Assembly (NCBI GenBank): GCA_050084985.1
Contig: JBITNC010000001.1
Location: 125,054,001 to 125,118,000 of the forward strand
Direction of reading: 5' to 3'
Source: Nageia nagi
Lineage: Eukaryota; Plantae; Pinophyta
DNA length: 64,000 nucleotides
Shown: in pieces, positions 25,950 through 39,347 of the stretch
Numbering within the stretch: position 1 is the first letter of the stretch
Layout: the number at the start of each line of letters is the position of its first letter
The notes under the pieces: model-generated
What the model was told of the DNA's origin: nothing
The model's database searches: none
What the model saw: the letters and a program-made list of their open reading frames with translations, nothing else
Position numbers and translations under genes: made by a program

Positions 25950-27250
25950 ACGATTACCAAATAGTGAAGCTCGACATACCATCCAAAGTTGACTGTTTGC
26001 CTTCAGCTACGGCCTTGGTTGTTTCTCTTTGCTGAACCTTCCCTTCACTTGGGTGTCCAGCCTTGTTTTGTCTTGTGTCAATCAATTTCTTTGTGCTTCT
26101 TCTTAAGGGAATCCTAAGTGGGTGTCTCTTCACAGTTGTATCTTTATCCAATATTTTCTTGTTGGTAACTTGTTGCCATGCCTCATTTTTTGGCAAATTG
26201 CTTTGTAGCGTGATTGGGCTATGACATTTGAATCGTCATTCATCTGATCTTCTTCTTCTTCTGTGGTTGTCAGCTCTCTTCCTTCCATTCGGTTTGTATT
26301 ATCATTATTTTCTTTGTGACCTTCTTTGACTACAATAGTGATTCAATAGAATTCTCCATTTGTTGCACTGACACTTCATTGTTTGTTGGATTATTGTTAT
26401 TGCTTTCAACCTCACCTTGTGGAATTTCACCTTCTTCATGTTTTGATGGGTTTCTTGCTGTCACTTGGTCTTTCAGCTCTTGATGTTGTTTTGGTCTCCA
26501 TTCTTTGCATCCTTCATCTATTACAGTTACCTTTGTTGAGCATGATCATAGGTTGTGTCTGACCAAGCCACATGACGAGCATAGGTAGTTGTTTTCATAG
26601 CACAACTCTTGAACCATCCTCCTATCTCGAATTCAAGCATGATTGAAGTAGGAAGCTTCACTCCAAATTCAACCGTGACAAATATTCTTGCTGCCAACAT
26701 TCTTGTTCGGGCTTTTGTGACTTCATCAACAACAATGAATTTTCAAAAGGATCTTGCAAGACCCTCAAAGACTTTTTGATGCCAAAAATCAAAAGATAGG
26801 TGCGTAAGGGTGACCCAAATGGAGCAATGATTATTTGGGCCTTAACTGGATTGAAACTAGGTTGCCATTTCTCCAAAAACAATCCTCGTTTCTTGAAGAA
26901 CCAAGGAGTGCTCGGAATAAAGTCTCAATTCTCCTTGCATCCAAACACGAACATAATGTAATCGTAGGGCATCACAATGACATCCAAGCTGCCCTTAATC
27001 TTCCATTGCAACTTAGGCCATTATCTGATTAGACCAATACTCGGTCAAGCACCATGAAGCTTCCCTAGCAAACTATGTTGACCTTTTTTTGCTGATTGAT
27101 CATGGAATTTTGAGACATAGTTTGTCTCATTTCTTTTCTACTTCAAGCGGAGGCCCAACATCTGTCTTTGCCTCTTCCATGAAGAGGCTCCGCCAAGAGT
27201 GTTAAGGCATTGCCATTGCTTCAGGGACATCAAAAGCTTAGGAAAGCCAC
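25950..27250 (-). mobile_element. L1 LINE ORF1 relic (DUF4283-like region plus zinc knuckle)
   Basis: FLEKWQPSFNP motif near 26850-26880; CSSCGLVRH...C knuckle near 26540-26582; many stops. Confidence 0.75.
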
Positions 27251-30026
27251 AAAGCCAAGTGACAATCATAGTTCCTGTTGTGAATAGATGTCTTGATCAT
27301 AGCTTTTTCCTATCATGTTATTGGTGATGGTTTCTTTTGCCTCTTGTGATAAAATAAAAATGTTTCAACTCGTCACATTGTAAATGATTCATCCTTACTA
27401 TCTTTATTGTTGTTACTTAACATATGTTTTTCATTTGCAAGTAATATTCGATTAAAATTCAAATTTATTTGAAAACAATGAATTATGAATCAACATGAAG
27501 GAATTTTTTAAATATTCTCATTGGGAAGTGTGATGAACCAAATGTTGATCTTGAGGAGGGTGTAAGATCTCATGTATTATCAAGAACCATACGAAAATAA
27601 GGTATGATTTTGATTTAAATTTTTATTTTGGTACTATCATGATTTGTGAGGTACACCTTGAAAGTTACCCTCATAGTCCATTTTGGATAATTGTTGAAAA
27701 GGAGGATTTTGAAAGGATCCTGAACCTTGTACAATTGTAAGATAGGAAATACGATTTAAAAAAAGTGAAAATGTAAATGTTGCTAGATACAAAATTCCAC
27801 TTTTCACAGGAGGTAACTACCAGGAGGACTACTGGAAAATACACGGGATTGGAGACCCCAAAGGACCCTTCCCCATAGAAGGGCTAAGAAGAGAGTTCCC
27901 TTCCAATGCATTCCTTCCTTCACTTGAAGGTTTCTAAAAAATGACACCAAATTTGAAATAGGGCAAGGGATTGCAAAAACACAATTTCCACCCAATAGGA
28001 ACAAATCCCCACAAAAGGGCCTTACCTTGTAAGAAATAAGGGTGAAAGTTTTCCAAGCCCACCCTAAACTTCTTCTCATTGATCTATTAAGGAAGTCTTG
28101 CATCACGAGAAGCCTCTAGTCAAGCATTCTTTGAGAAATAGCGCCTAAGATTTCAGAAAATGAATCTTTTTCATGTGCCTTTTTTTACACTTATGACTTT
28201 TTGTTACATGTAATGACCCATGGGGTCCACTGCGAGCTTGACGTCCACCCCTAGGGGACGTTTGGGCATGAAATAAGTAATTTAGGAATGTTTTGCTACT
28301 TAGGGGTGATTTTGTAGTTAGAAGTGCAAATTTAGCCATTGCATTTGTACTTAAGCATTAATTGTAACCAAGCGTTGGGTATTAAAGTCAAATTGTGAGC
28401 CCCAAAGTGGGACGTCACCCTCTTTGGATAGATAGTCATTTAATGTTATTTTATTTGATAATAATGGCCCAATGACTTGATTGTGCTCATCCCAAGGTGG
28501 AATAATAGCACCAAGCTTTGGATGACTCATTGTTGTAAATGCACCTCATTCAAAGACCCCCACGCATGTATTGTTGTGGCGCTCCACTTGCATGGATTCC
28601 TAAGCAAGATATAAGCCACCCAGTGAGACATCTAGCTATTTAGGGTCTTGGCGGATCATTTGAAAGCAATTGTTGATCATATTTGATCTTCTTACATTCA
28701 GAGTGTGGCATGGAGTCATCTCTTAGGCCTTTTGTGGACAAAACCCTACAGGAGAAGGAGCTAGTGGGAGAAAAACCCCACTAGATCTTGTTAAGGGCAG
28801 AAACCCTTGACCATTAGTTACCTTAGTTCTTCAGTTGTACACATCCATATCCAGACTTCAGAATTTGCCCAAAAAAGTTGGATGAATGCCCTTGAGCATA
28901 CGTCTGAGGTGGATGAAGGATTTCATGAGGAAAGGGAGGTTCAACCTCAAGATTCAGCTGAAAAAAAGTTCAATGATCTATTGACCATGATGAAAACCCT
29001 AGCAAAGCAAATGCTAATTTAGAATGAACGAGCGGACATAAAAGATGCATTGAAGAGAGATGCAAGGCATGGGGAAAGCCCCAGGATGCCCCAAACTAGA
29101 AGATTTGCATAGAAGGGATTAGTGGAGGATTATGTGTTTGAGTTCCAACGCATAGCCATCATGGTACCCAACGTCTTGGAGAGAGGGTGACATTCCTATT
29201 CTGTGAGGGCTTACTGGAGCCGCTTAGAGGGTTGGTGAAAGCCTTTTCACGTATACTACTGTAGGATGCTATTAAGAGAGCCCTAGACTTGGAGCCCATA
29301 ATGTTGAGGGCTAGAGCTCTCCCTCCCATCCATCCACCTGCACCAGCAAGAGGGGCTGTTCATGGAGCCACGTATGGTAGATCCAAACCCATAATCACCA
29401 CATTGGAGGGAGGATTGGATGCAACTTCCAAAAATGAGCTAAGGAAGAAGAATTTGTGTTTCTCTTGTAAGAAACCCTGGGAGAGAGGCCACTTGGGCCA
29501 CCCCATGTTAAGCCTCCTTTGTTAGATAGTAGGGAAGCAGTGAGAGGGTTGATTGTCTCACTTGGAGGAGTGCTGAAATACTTCACCCTCAAGGTCAAGG
29601 GACAAGCGGCCAACCAAGAGGTCATGGTATTGATAGATCTAGGTGCAATGTACAACTTCATTGATGAGGAGTTTGTGAGGAAGAAGGGACTCAAAACTAA
29701 AGATTTTGAGGGTTTCGTGTCACCAATGCTAATGGAAAACTCACTTCAGTGGACAAGATAGTGGAGAAATTTGGAGTGAAGATCCAAGAATTTGTTGCAA
29801 GACAAGATTTCTATGTCTACCCATTGGATGGGATTCCTCACCTCATATTGGGAGTTCTATGGCTTTTTAATTTGGGAGATCTACACACCAATTATTAGAA
29901 ATTGGTGATGAGATTTGCAGTAGATGGGGAGTATACTTTTCAAGGACTATTTTCGTCAAGCATCATCTAGTAGGATGGAGGTGATAGCTTGGAGGGGTGA
30001 CATATGAAATATAAAGCCTTCGCAAG

Positions 30027-31560
30027 GTGGACGTCCATATCCCATACATGACTAAAAATCACGTTGGGAAGGGAGGAGGTCTCATTCTGGAAATGTATAA
30101 ATTGATTGATGCGCTTGTTTTGTTGATTACTGATTTCATTTCATGTCATTCAGCCATGGACGTCGGTGCTAGGAGAGCCTTTTTGCATACAAGTGAGACA
30201 ATACTTGTTAAGAATGAGACATTAACGATCTTCTTCAAGATCATTTGCTACATAAGAAGGATGATTACTGTTAGAAACAGGAGCATTGCTTGGATTGTTG
30301 TTGGTTCTCATGCTTGGAGAGATTACATTGGAGTAACAAGACACTCACAAGGTGTGCGTGAGGCTTCTTGGTCGTCTATTTTCCATGCACTGCCTAAAAG
30401 CCATGGTTGGATTGAAGGGAATCTCAGTTGGGAAGGGTACGACTTGGTTGATAAAGATGTTTTGATGAGTTTTGATTTCATTTCATGTTATTTTGGTATG
30501 TACGTGGGCACTAGGAAGGCCATCTTGTATGTATTGGATGCTGTACTTCGTGACGATCTGTTTGTTGCTGATATGGACATGGTTTTGACATCATTTGGTC
30601 ACAAATTGATGGAAAAAATGAATGATTATTTAGGTGCACTATTTGCTGATGATATCTTCATTGATTTGGCATTGTTTGGGCACCATTTGGAGACTTACAC
30701 ATTTCACAGGGGTTGCGTTGTTAGATGATAACAATCAGCCTGATATTACATTGTTTGGGTGCCATTTTGGGGTTGTGATTCACTTCATAAGGGCTGCAGT
30801 GATTGCCGATAAAAGTGGGACTGCTATAGTACTCTATAATCATAATTTGGAGGCTGTTGTTGATTGCATGAGGATGGTACTGATTGCTCATAACAGTAGG
30901 ATTGCCTATGGACTCTTCAATCATGTATTTGAGATAGCAGATAAGTGTGCATACACTGCTGTTACAAATAAGACATTAATGATCTTCTTCAAGATCATTG
31001 GTGATGTATTGAGGATTGAATTTGAGAATGTTGAGGGGGCTGTTCTTCACACACTAACGACTGCATTTAATGATGCATTGACTACTGATGAAAGAAGGGC
31101 ATTATTGATCTTCATCAAGATTATAGAGACAGTATTACAAGAGAGATTAGGGGCTGATTTGTGCATGAAGAAGGCTGCAATTGATGACATGAAAAGGGTG
31201 CAAGAGATGTACTTGATACTGGCTGACAATACATACAGTGGGGAAATGTTGGGATTTGAAGGACATGAGTTAGTAGATTTCATATATGCTTGTATGAAGA
31301 TGGTGCTTGAGAAATTTTATGCAGCATGTATGAATCTGGATGATGCAATTGTACCAATGGATATATGGAAGATTAAGTTTCAGCACATGACAGACTCAAG
31401 TACAACATTTGGATTCTGGAATTGCTTGGGGTCAAGCAATTTCGGGATAGGAGGTTTGTCATGTGCCTTTTTTTACACTTATGCCTTTTTGTTACATGTA
31501 ATGACCCATGGGGTCCATTGGGAGCTTGACGTCCACCCTAAGGAAACGTTTGGGCATTAA
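30027..31560 (+). CDS. Two overlapping uncharacterised ORFs (233 aa and 308 aa) inside element B
   Basis: ORF track. Internal peptide repeats (LFGHHLE/LFGCHFG/LYNHNLE/LFNHVFE; TLxIFFKII twice plus LLIFIKII). No recognisable domain, and the second ORF runs into the LTR. Confidence 0.35.
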
Positions 31561-32301
31561 ATTAAGTAATTTAGGAATGTTTTACTACTTAGGGGTGATT
31601 TTGTAGTTAGAAGTGCTAATTTAGCCATTGCATTTGTACTTAGGCATTAATTGTAACCAAGCGTTGGGTATTTAAGTAAAATTGTGAGCCTTAAAGTGGT
31701 ATGTCACCCTCCTTGGATAGATAGAGTCATTTAGTCTTCCTTTATTTGATAATAATAGCCCAACGACTTGATTGTGCTCATCTCAATGTGGAATCCTTGT
31801 GCCAAGCTTAGGATGACTCCTTATTGTAAATGCAACTCATTCAAAGACCGCCACGCATGTATTCTTGTGGCGCTCCATTGGCATGGATTCCTAGGCAAGA
31901 TCTAGGCCACCTAGTGAGACATCTAGCTATTTAGGGGCTTGGCGCATCATTTGGAAGCAACTTTTGATCATATTTCATCTTCTTACATTCAAAGTGTGGC
32001 TTGGGGTCATCTCTTGGGCCTTCTACGGACCAAACCCTGCAGGAGAAGGAGCTAGTGGGATGAAAACCCCATTAGATCTGGTTAACGAAGGAAACCCTTG
32101 ACCATTGGTTACCTCAGTTCTTCAGTTGTACACATCCAGATTCAATTGTACACATCCAAATCCAAACGTCAACTTCCTAGGAGCTTATTCCATTGTTGAG
32201 TGCTTCGTTTGGCTACCCTAGCTTGACGTCAAGCCTCCTTAGCTATTTTAAGATTGTAATTGCTCTAGTTGATGTGATATTGAGGCGTGGGCCCTTGGAT
32301 C

Positions 32302-33614
32302 TGTAAAATCCCAACTATTCTCAATGTGGAAATTAGCCAAGCAAATATCAAATTAATATCAAGATAAGCATCCAAGCATGCCACCAATGATCTAGGGCAT
32401 CAAATAAGTCATACAATAAGCCAGAAAAACCCAACGATGTACCCTTCAAGCAAAACACATTTATCAAGCATAATGCATCAATAAAAATCTAGAAATTATG
32501 AAGTCACACCAAGAGGAGTAAAATTGCATCAACACATCACAATACGAGACAACAAGTGAGATTCAAATGTGCCACAGTTGGATTAATGAATAATGATGAG
32601 ATCAATATAATACCAAGCCCAAGAGGCTTCAACGTTGGCCTCCAAGGAGCCAACTAGGGCACACTTATGTGAAAGGATGAATATTGTTGCCGAAACCACT
32701 GTAGAGCAACAACACTCCACCAGATCTGTGGATACCACACTAAAGGGCTCCTTGACGACTATGCGATCGAATGTAGTTCCAGAATACCACCGGATGGATT
32801 CAAAGGTGCAGACCGCTATGGACTTCTTAGGGTAGGGCAACCTAACAACACGAACACTCACCTCAATCGCTAGTCAAAAGGTGTTCCAAGCCTCCTGGAC
32901 TCTTTTTGGTCTACACGCCCAAGGGTGCTTGATGCCGCCAGGACTTGAGTAGTAAAAGGGGGTTTCAATATCAAATTTAGTATGTCCTTGAAATGAGGTT
33001 CCAACACCTTTTATAACACATCACTAGATCTGGATCTCACCTCAAAGCCATCACCTTGCCTCCCCAATCCAACGTTAGGCTCATAGAGGCTCCATAATGT
33101 CCAATGTGGGTGCTTAGGGGTCATTACAAGCCCAACGTAGGTGTCTAGGGTCTTTATAAGCGCAACATGGGTCCTCATGCTCAACGAAGGTGCTTGGGAG
33201 TCAATCATGCCATGGGGGGGTCAAGAGGTCATGCGTGGGTGTCTTGGTATCACCATGGGTCAACGTGGGGGTCTAGAAGTCTCCCCAAGGCTGTTGCATA
33301 TATACAAGTGCTCCTAAATCCAATGTTGGGGCTATTAAGTGATTGTCCATGCTCCAGTGCTATCTAGGTGCTATACAAGTCTTGGAATTCCCACAATTAC
33401 TATTTAGGATCTCCAAGTGCACAATTAAATAATGCTAACTCATATTAAGCTTGGGAGGAAAACGTCCCACATGGGGCTCATAACGTGGGTCCGATGGACC
33501 ATTATATTTCTATCCCAAGTAACTAACAACAAATAAATAAATAAATAAAATATTTACAAAAGGGAACATCTAGGATTCCAAGTTTATTTATTTTTATTCA
33601 AAGAGGATGTTACT
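32302..33614 (-). mobile_element. Solo LTR (family S) nested in the 3' LTR of element B
   Basis: TGTAAAATCCC...GGATGTTACT termini; flanks GGATC/AGATC; homologous to the reverse complement of 3999-5351. Confidence 0.88.
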
Positions 33615-34222
33615 AGATCTCACTTTTTCTGTCCATTTTGAGCTTCTTGGTGTGGCGGTGGTATTTTTGGGCAATATTTTGGTGTTTGGCATTATTTTTG
33701 AGCTTGGCATAGTTCGTTGGGTTTGAGGACTAATAATTTTGCATAAGAATAAATTTGGGACATCTCAATCTCGCCCAAAGATAGAAAGATTTATTGGGAG
33801 AACTAGTCCAAGCACCCCTTCATTTGTTTGCAATAAAACAATTGGGTTCTCATTCTTCCTCTTCCCTTTCATGATCGAGTTTCCAAACAAAAACCCAATA
33901 ATAGCTTGGGGGACAAAATTCTCTAGGGTTTTAGTACCCCCTATACCAATTAGTGTTTGTGAGATGAGAAAACCCCATAAAAAGTCCCTTGCAGAAGGCA
34001 TCTCCAGTTCACCTTGAGAACAAATGCTCGTGGGGCAAAAATGAGAACTCGTAAGGAAAATTCTTAAGGCAAAGAGAAAAACTCAAAAAAATATAAAGAA
34101 GAGGAAACCCCTCTCAACCTTGATATTTGTTGGTTCAAGGCTTGCCTTGAGACAAAAAACATCTTCAAGAATTGACCAGGTACTCGAATCTCCTCTAATC
34201 CTAACATGCAAAGGACATCAAC

Positions 34223-35584
34223 TGTGATGATCCCAAATCGATGGATCATGCTCAAACGTGCCCTAGGAGAGGGATGTTTGTCTTCAAGCTTTGGATCTAG
34301 CCAATTCAATTCAAAATGCACAAACAGTCCAACGTCTAGCTAATTATGGGGAAATTGCTGTAATAAACTCAAAATGCTCATAAAAACCCAACGTAGGAAC
34401 AAAGAAGGCAAAACATAAAATAAACTACGAAATAGCACTTCTAGATCCAACGTTCATGTAGAGGGAGACAAATAGCAAATCGTAGATAGCAAATGTAATT
34501 GTATTAAGATAGAGAATGCATAACCACAATTACAATATATTTTTGGTGCCTAAGGAGCTTGCACAAAGGTTGCCTCCAATAGGTGTTTTTGCAGATGGTT
34601 CTAGGGCCTAACCATTTGTAGCAGCAAGGCCAAGCCTAGGGCTTTCGTAGTTCTCTGTGATGGAACAAACAAGGTTCCTCTCTTGAATGGCTGGAGTAAG
34701 CTCAAGGTTAACCTTTAGTCACTTTAAGACTTCAAGTACAGATTGCTCCACAAGTGGCAAAGAAAGAGTTCTCACACTCAGTTCGATAAAAGGGGGTTTA
34801 TTCATAAATTCAACGTATCTTGTGTAATCCAGAAGTTTTTATATAGGAGAGGTAGTCAATCTTCTAATCTTGCGTTGAGGTGATCTAATTGTGCATAATG
34901 ATGATTTGTGTGCTCATGATGCTAATGTCTAGGATGGAGAGCCTTGGGATGAACGAAATCACATCCAATGGCCTAGAAATGCAATGTTGGGATGAATGGG
35001 CCTTAGAGGTGCCTTGGTGTTAGTGCCATACGCTAGGATCTCACTAGGAGGGTGATGTGGGGATTTGGGTTGTCTTGATGCCCAACGTGGGGTGTCGAAT
35101 TCCACACAAGCCCAACGTCTAAGGAGGATAGCTCTTTAATGCCTCATGATACCAAATTCCTCTTTGGATGTGCCACGTCCAAGCTTGGAAGCCTTTATGA
35201 TGCCTCGTAATCTGTGTGTAATCACATAGGGGGATGCTCTACCTTGAAGAGGGGAGCATTAATGATGAGAGGACCATCTAATGCCAATCTATAATCATCA
35301 AGGCTAAATATGCAACGTCTTATTAATTGGAGACTAATATTGCATTTACAATTATAATGGCATTGGTTTCATTAATACAACATTTTTGGCATATGAAGGC
35401 ACTCAACTATACATAATGAACTAAATAAAGGCCAATTGTTCAATAATGCATTTAACTAAGTCTCTAAGTGGAACTTACAATAATTGACCAAAAACTACTA
35501 AAATAGACAAAATTACTCCTAAACTAATGTTTCCATTTGCTAGTGGTGAAATGGGGAAAACAACATTAAAATGCGGACATTACA
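34223..35584 (-). mobile_element. Solo LTR, about 1360 bp
   Basis: TGTGATGATCCC...GGACATTACA termini. Flanks TCAAC/CTAAC can both derive from CCAAC by one C>T change each. TATA box on the minus strand near 34840. Confidence 0.65.
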
Positions 35585-36176
35585 CTAACGACCCTCTACT
35601 AGAAAACCAAATGCTAGCAAAAGGAGCTCTACCTTCAAAAGAATTTCCTCCATAGAAACCCCAAGCAACTCTTGAGAGTTATATTGCATCTTTCCATTCA
35701 ACAACAAATCAATACAAAAAAGACCTTCAATCTTAGAAAGAGAAAAACGCGACTCCAGGGAGAAATCTAGAGGACACCTTGGAACCAGTAGAGGAGCAGA
35801 ACGAATTAGGGCTTCAGTATCTGAAGGAGAAAATCATGATTCTAAGGAGAAGTTGAATGGCTTTGTTGCAACTTGCAATCAAACCGTCCATCTCAGTTCC
35901 AAATCGATCAGGCATATTCTATGAACACCATTTGAACCCTCATCTCCTTCATAAGCAACCATTGTATTCCTATGAATAACTTCTATAGGAACCTCCTCCA
36001 TTGACCCAATGGAGGGGCTATTAACAAAAAAAACAGGGATATCCACCACGAGAGGTACCCAATTTGGGTTGTCCACAAAAAAACATCCCAACATCAATAG
36101 GAGGTAAGCTCCTCAAGCTAACCTTAGGACCACAAATGCTATGGCCAACAACATTACCTTCGCCACCCAAGTCTGG

Positions 36177-36358
36177 ACCATCGTAGCTACCAAAGCTACC
36201 TCCTCCATCAATGCTAACAAAGCCCTAACTACCATTGCTACTAGAGCCACCTCCTCTCTCAACACTAACAAAGCTTGAACCACCACTGCTACTAGAGCCA
36301 CCTCCATCAACGCTAATAGAGCTTGGTCTACCAATGATATCAAAGCTACCTCTTCTAC
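36177..36358. repeat. Degenerate 48-54 bp tandem repeat, about 4 copies (acca..gctac.a.agc.acctcc)
   Basis: Seen directly; it produces the repetitive EEVALVA peptide of ORF 36113-36424. Confidence 0.75.
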
Positions 36359-37702
36359 ACTCTCTAAAACCTTTTCAACCATTTCTGAGCTTAGGTTCTG
36401 CTGTGTCTTCGAAAACCCTACCAAAGCTCTTCACAACCATCATTTTATGTTCATTTCTTTGTTCCTTATAGTCCTTACATATGCATTCCTAAACAATACA
36501 AGAAGTATAAACCTTAAAGTAGAGTGAAAGCACCAATGATATACTTGAGTCGGTGGGAGCATGAAAGGAAAAAAAGCTAAGGGAGTTGCATCACATGTGA
36601 TATAGAATTGCGTAAATGATATAATTGCAAGGGACATAATTCTTTGCTATTTATTTGAAAGAGATAAGGAAAGGGAGTACTACAAAAAGAAGAATGGAGA
36701 TTCTTTTTAAAATAATGCAAGATTTATGAAAGAAATTGAAGGACATAGACAAACAAGGCATTATGTTGATGCCAATTTTGATATTCGTACTAACATGATT
36801 GGAGATTATGTGTATTTAAAAACAATAGCCAATGAGCCTTGCACTCTTCATGATTTCAAGTGGTATCAAAAGCATGAGGAAGAAGGTTTGCTTTTTTCTA
36901 AACTTTCTTCTTCCCCCCTCTATTTCTAAGGAGTCGATCTTCTTTGGAGGATGAGTTTAAGCTTGCTTCTACTTATCCAATATACACTTTGGTAAAGGTG
37001 CACGGTATTTTCAAAAACTGTGCTAGACTGATCAACAAGACTCCAAAATCTCTATCTCCTAAATAGTTAGATCATATCCACGCACAATCTCAATGGTTTT
37101 GGTTTGTGAAATAATGGCAAATTGTGGCACCTGCAAAAGACAGAAGCAAAGATTAGGAAATCAGAAACATTATTTTCAATGTGGTTCAGGCCCCCTTGGG
37201 TATTCTAGGTACTTAGCCTTAAACCGTTAATGTTTTGGGTTGTACAACTTAGACTGCAAGTGCTCTAGGGCTAATTACCTAGAATAAATCTTGGGACCAC
37301 CAATAGACATGCTCTAAAATTCACAACAAATTGCTAGCCATTACAAGAAGCATTTCTATGGAATAAAATTAATAAATTTTGAAAAAACCAACACAAAAAC
37401 AACAAAAATGAATTCTAAACCGTAGCTAAATATGTAGAAAAATCACAAAAATAGACGAAGCTTATAGCATGATGTCTTGGCAAGTCTCAGATTAAATCAA
37501 TTTTCCTCTCCAGTGTGGTAATTTTTTGCTCCATATCAATAGGTATGAATTTCTCTTTCAAATTTAGTGCATATTAACATACAATGAAGAAGACAAAAAC
37601 CCCCACATGACCCACAAAATTCAGCAAACCAGCAATACCAGGTAAACTATACACTTCTATCCCTCTAAACAAGCTTTTCTCTCTTTGTGCAAACTTCCTT
37701 TT

Positions 37703-38446
37703 TATAATGTGCCACATAAAATATATAAACCCTAGCTATTAATTTCACAACTACAAATGCAAAATTAGTCAAGAAAATATATGAGACCCAGAAAACTCCA
37801 CATATTTTATTGAATCACAAAATCATGGGACAACACAAGATCAAGCCTCCTAGAGGCCAACATCACCCTTCTAGGGTTACAAGAGGTTGAAACACACCAA
37901 AACACTGCTAAACTATGATGCCACAAATAGCATGCTACTATCCATTGACTCTTCTACACTGCCAAACGCTGAAATTGTCCAAATCACACTCCACACAAAC
38001 ACTCCTAGCTGCTAACTCCATTGAAGCTCTGTTGCAAACCCTAGGTATATTTGCCTCCCAAATCCAATCAAATAGCAAGGGCCATCACTTTTCTATTAGA
38101 TTAGGACTTCCTAAACAGAGGGATCATCACCATTCTTCAGAAAGGAGGAGGATGGATCAGCCTTGTCTCAATGGAACCTTGGAAGGAATCCAAAATTACA
38201 TAATAACAAATGAGATAATTTCCCAAATGTTTAAAGCCAAGCTCCTTATATAAGCCCAACGTTATAATTTTGCATTGAATGGGGTCCACAACTTAAGCTC
38301 CATAAAGTCACTTAATAAAAATAAAAATATAACATCATAAACTAATGTAAGGGTCCTAGCCACATTGTCTCCCCCTTGCATAAGTCCTTAGAAACATTTT
38401 AAGTGTTCCAAACTCTTTTTTAAAAATAAAAATTGGGGACATTACA
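37703..38446 (-). mobile_element. Probable solo LTR, about 745 bp
   Basis: T(A)TAATGTGCC...GGGACATTACA termini; flanks CTTTT/TTTTT; apparently absent from the second family A copy. Confidence 0.6.
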
Positions 38447-39347
38447 TTTTTATATAAATGGCTATTCCGTTGCATTCTTCTCTTTTTATAATTCTTCTTA
38501 CTTTCAAACATCATTTAATTGGTTTGTGAAATTCAACATTAAAAACTTGCAAATTAGGGCATCACTTTTAGAAACAGAACGTATTGTAGTTATGCACCGT
38601 TTATCACAAGTTTATTTAGCAAATTTTGTTCAATTCTAACGTGAATCCCAAAATGCCAATGTTTTGGGGCAAGAGGCCTAGAACGCCAATGTTCTGGCAT
38701 CTTGGTCCCAAAGCACCAATGTTCCAGCAACTTTATCCCAAAATGCCAACATTAAGGCAATCACACCCTAGGTTGCTAATGTTTTGGCCTCCAAGTTCCA
38801 GAACACCATCATTTTGGCCTCTAACTTGATTTTCTGTAGTTTCACCTGAATTTGCATGCCAAATCGTAGCATAAACTCTTCATCAATAATTTTTCATGCA
38901 TCAATTATTTTCATGCATGGTTTTCAGACTAAAACTTTCATATTAACTTATCTGCAAAAACTGCATTTCTATTTCAAACATGCAAGATTATCATCTCAAT
39001 CATGATCACAAAGTGCTCAACACAAGGGGTAACCTAGAATTATCTAGCATATCAATATCAATTTTATGATTTGAATTATATTTTGGTTTATCAAAAATCA
39101 TGATTTATCATTCTCTAAACTAACCAAGCAGCTTAACTTCTCATCATAAATATTATAATGTCACAATGTAAGGCAATTTTAATATTTATTAATTTTTCAT
39201 TTAACACTTTTTTACTTTGAGCCACCTATTCAAGATGTCTTTGCACGAAGCCCAAAGCAAAAGGGCAATCAATATCATTAGCTGTGCGATTAAATAACAT
39301 GCTTATCGTAGAAGGTTTGATCATCATGTGTTTTTTGGCATTCATTT

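Larger units (their letters stand above)
28169..33767 (+). mobile_element. Non-autonomous Ty3/Gypsy derivative (element B): LTR-gag remnant-protease-unknown ORFs-PPT-LTR
   Basis: 5' LTR at 28169-28860 (3' part and PBS deleted); 3' LTR at 31457-32301 + 33620-33767; flanks ATCTT/ATCTC; gag knuckle CFSCKKPWERGH; protease VLIDLGAMYNFID; PPT gggataggagg at 31444-31454; no RT/RH/IN motifs seen. Confidence 0.85.
27529..36595. mobile_element. Old host element (27529-28168, 33773-34222, 35590-36595) carrying nested insertions
   Basis: TGTGATGAAC...GTTGCATCACA termini, but no matching TSD. Boundaries are tentative. Confidence 0.3.
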
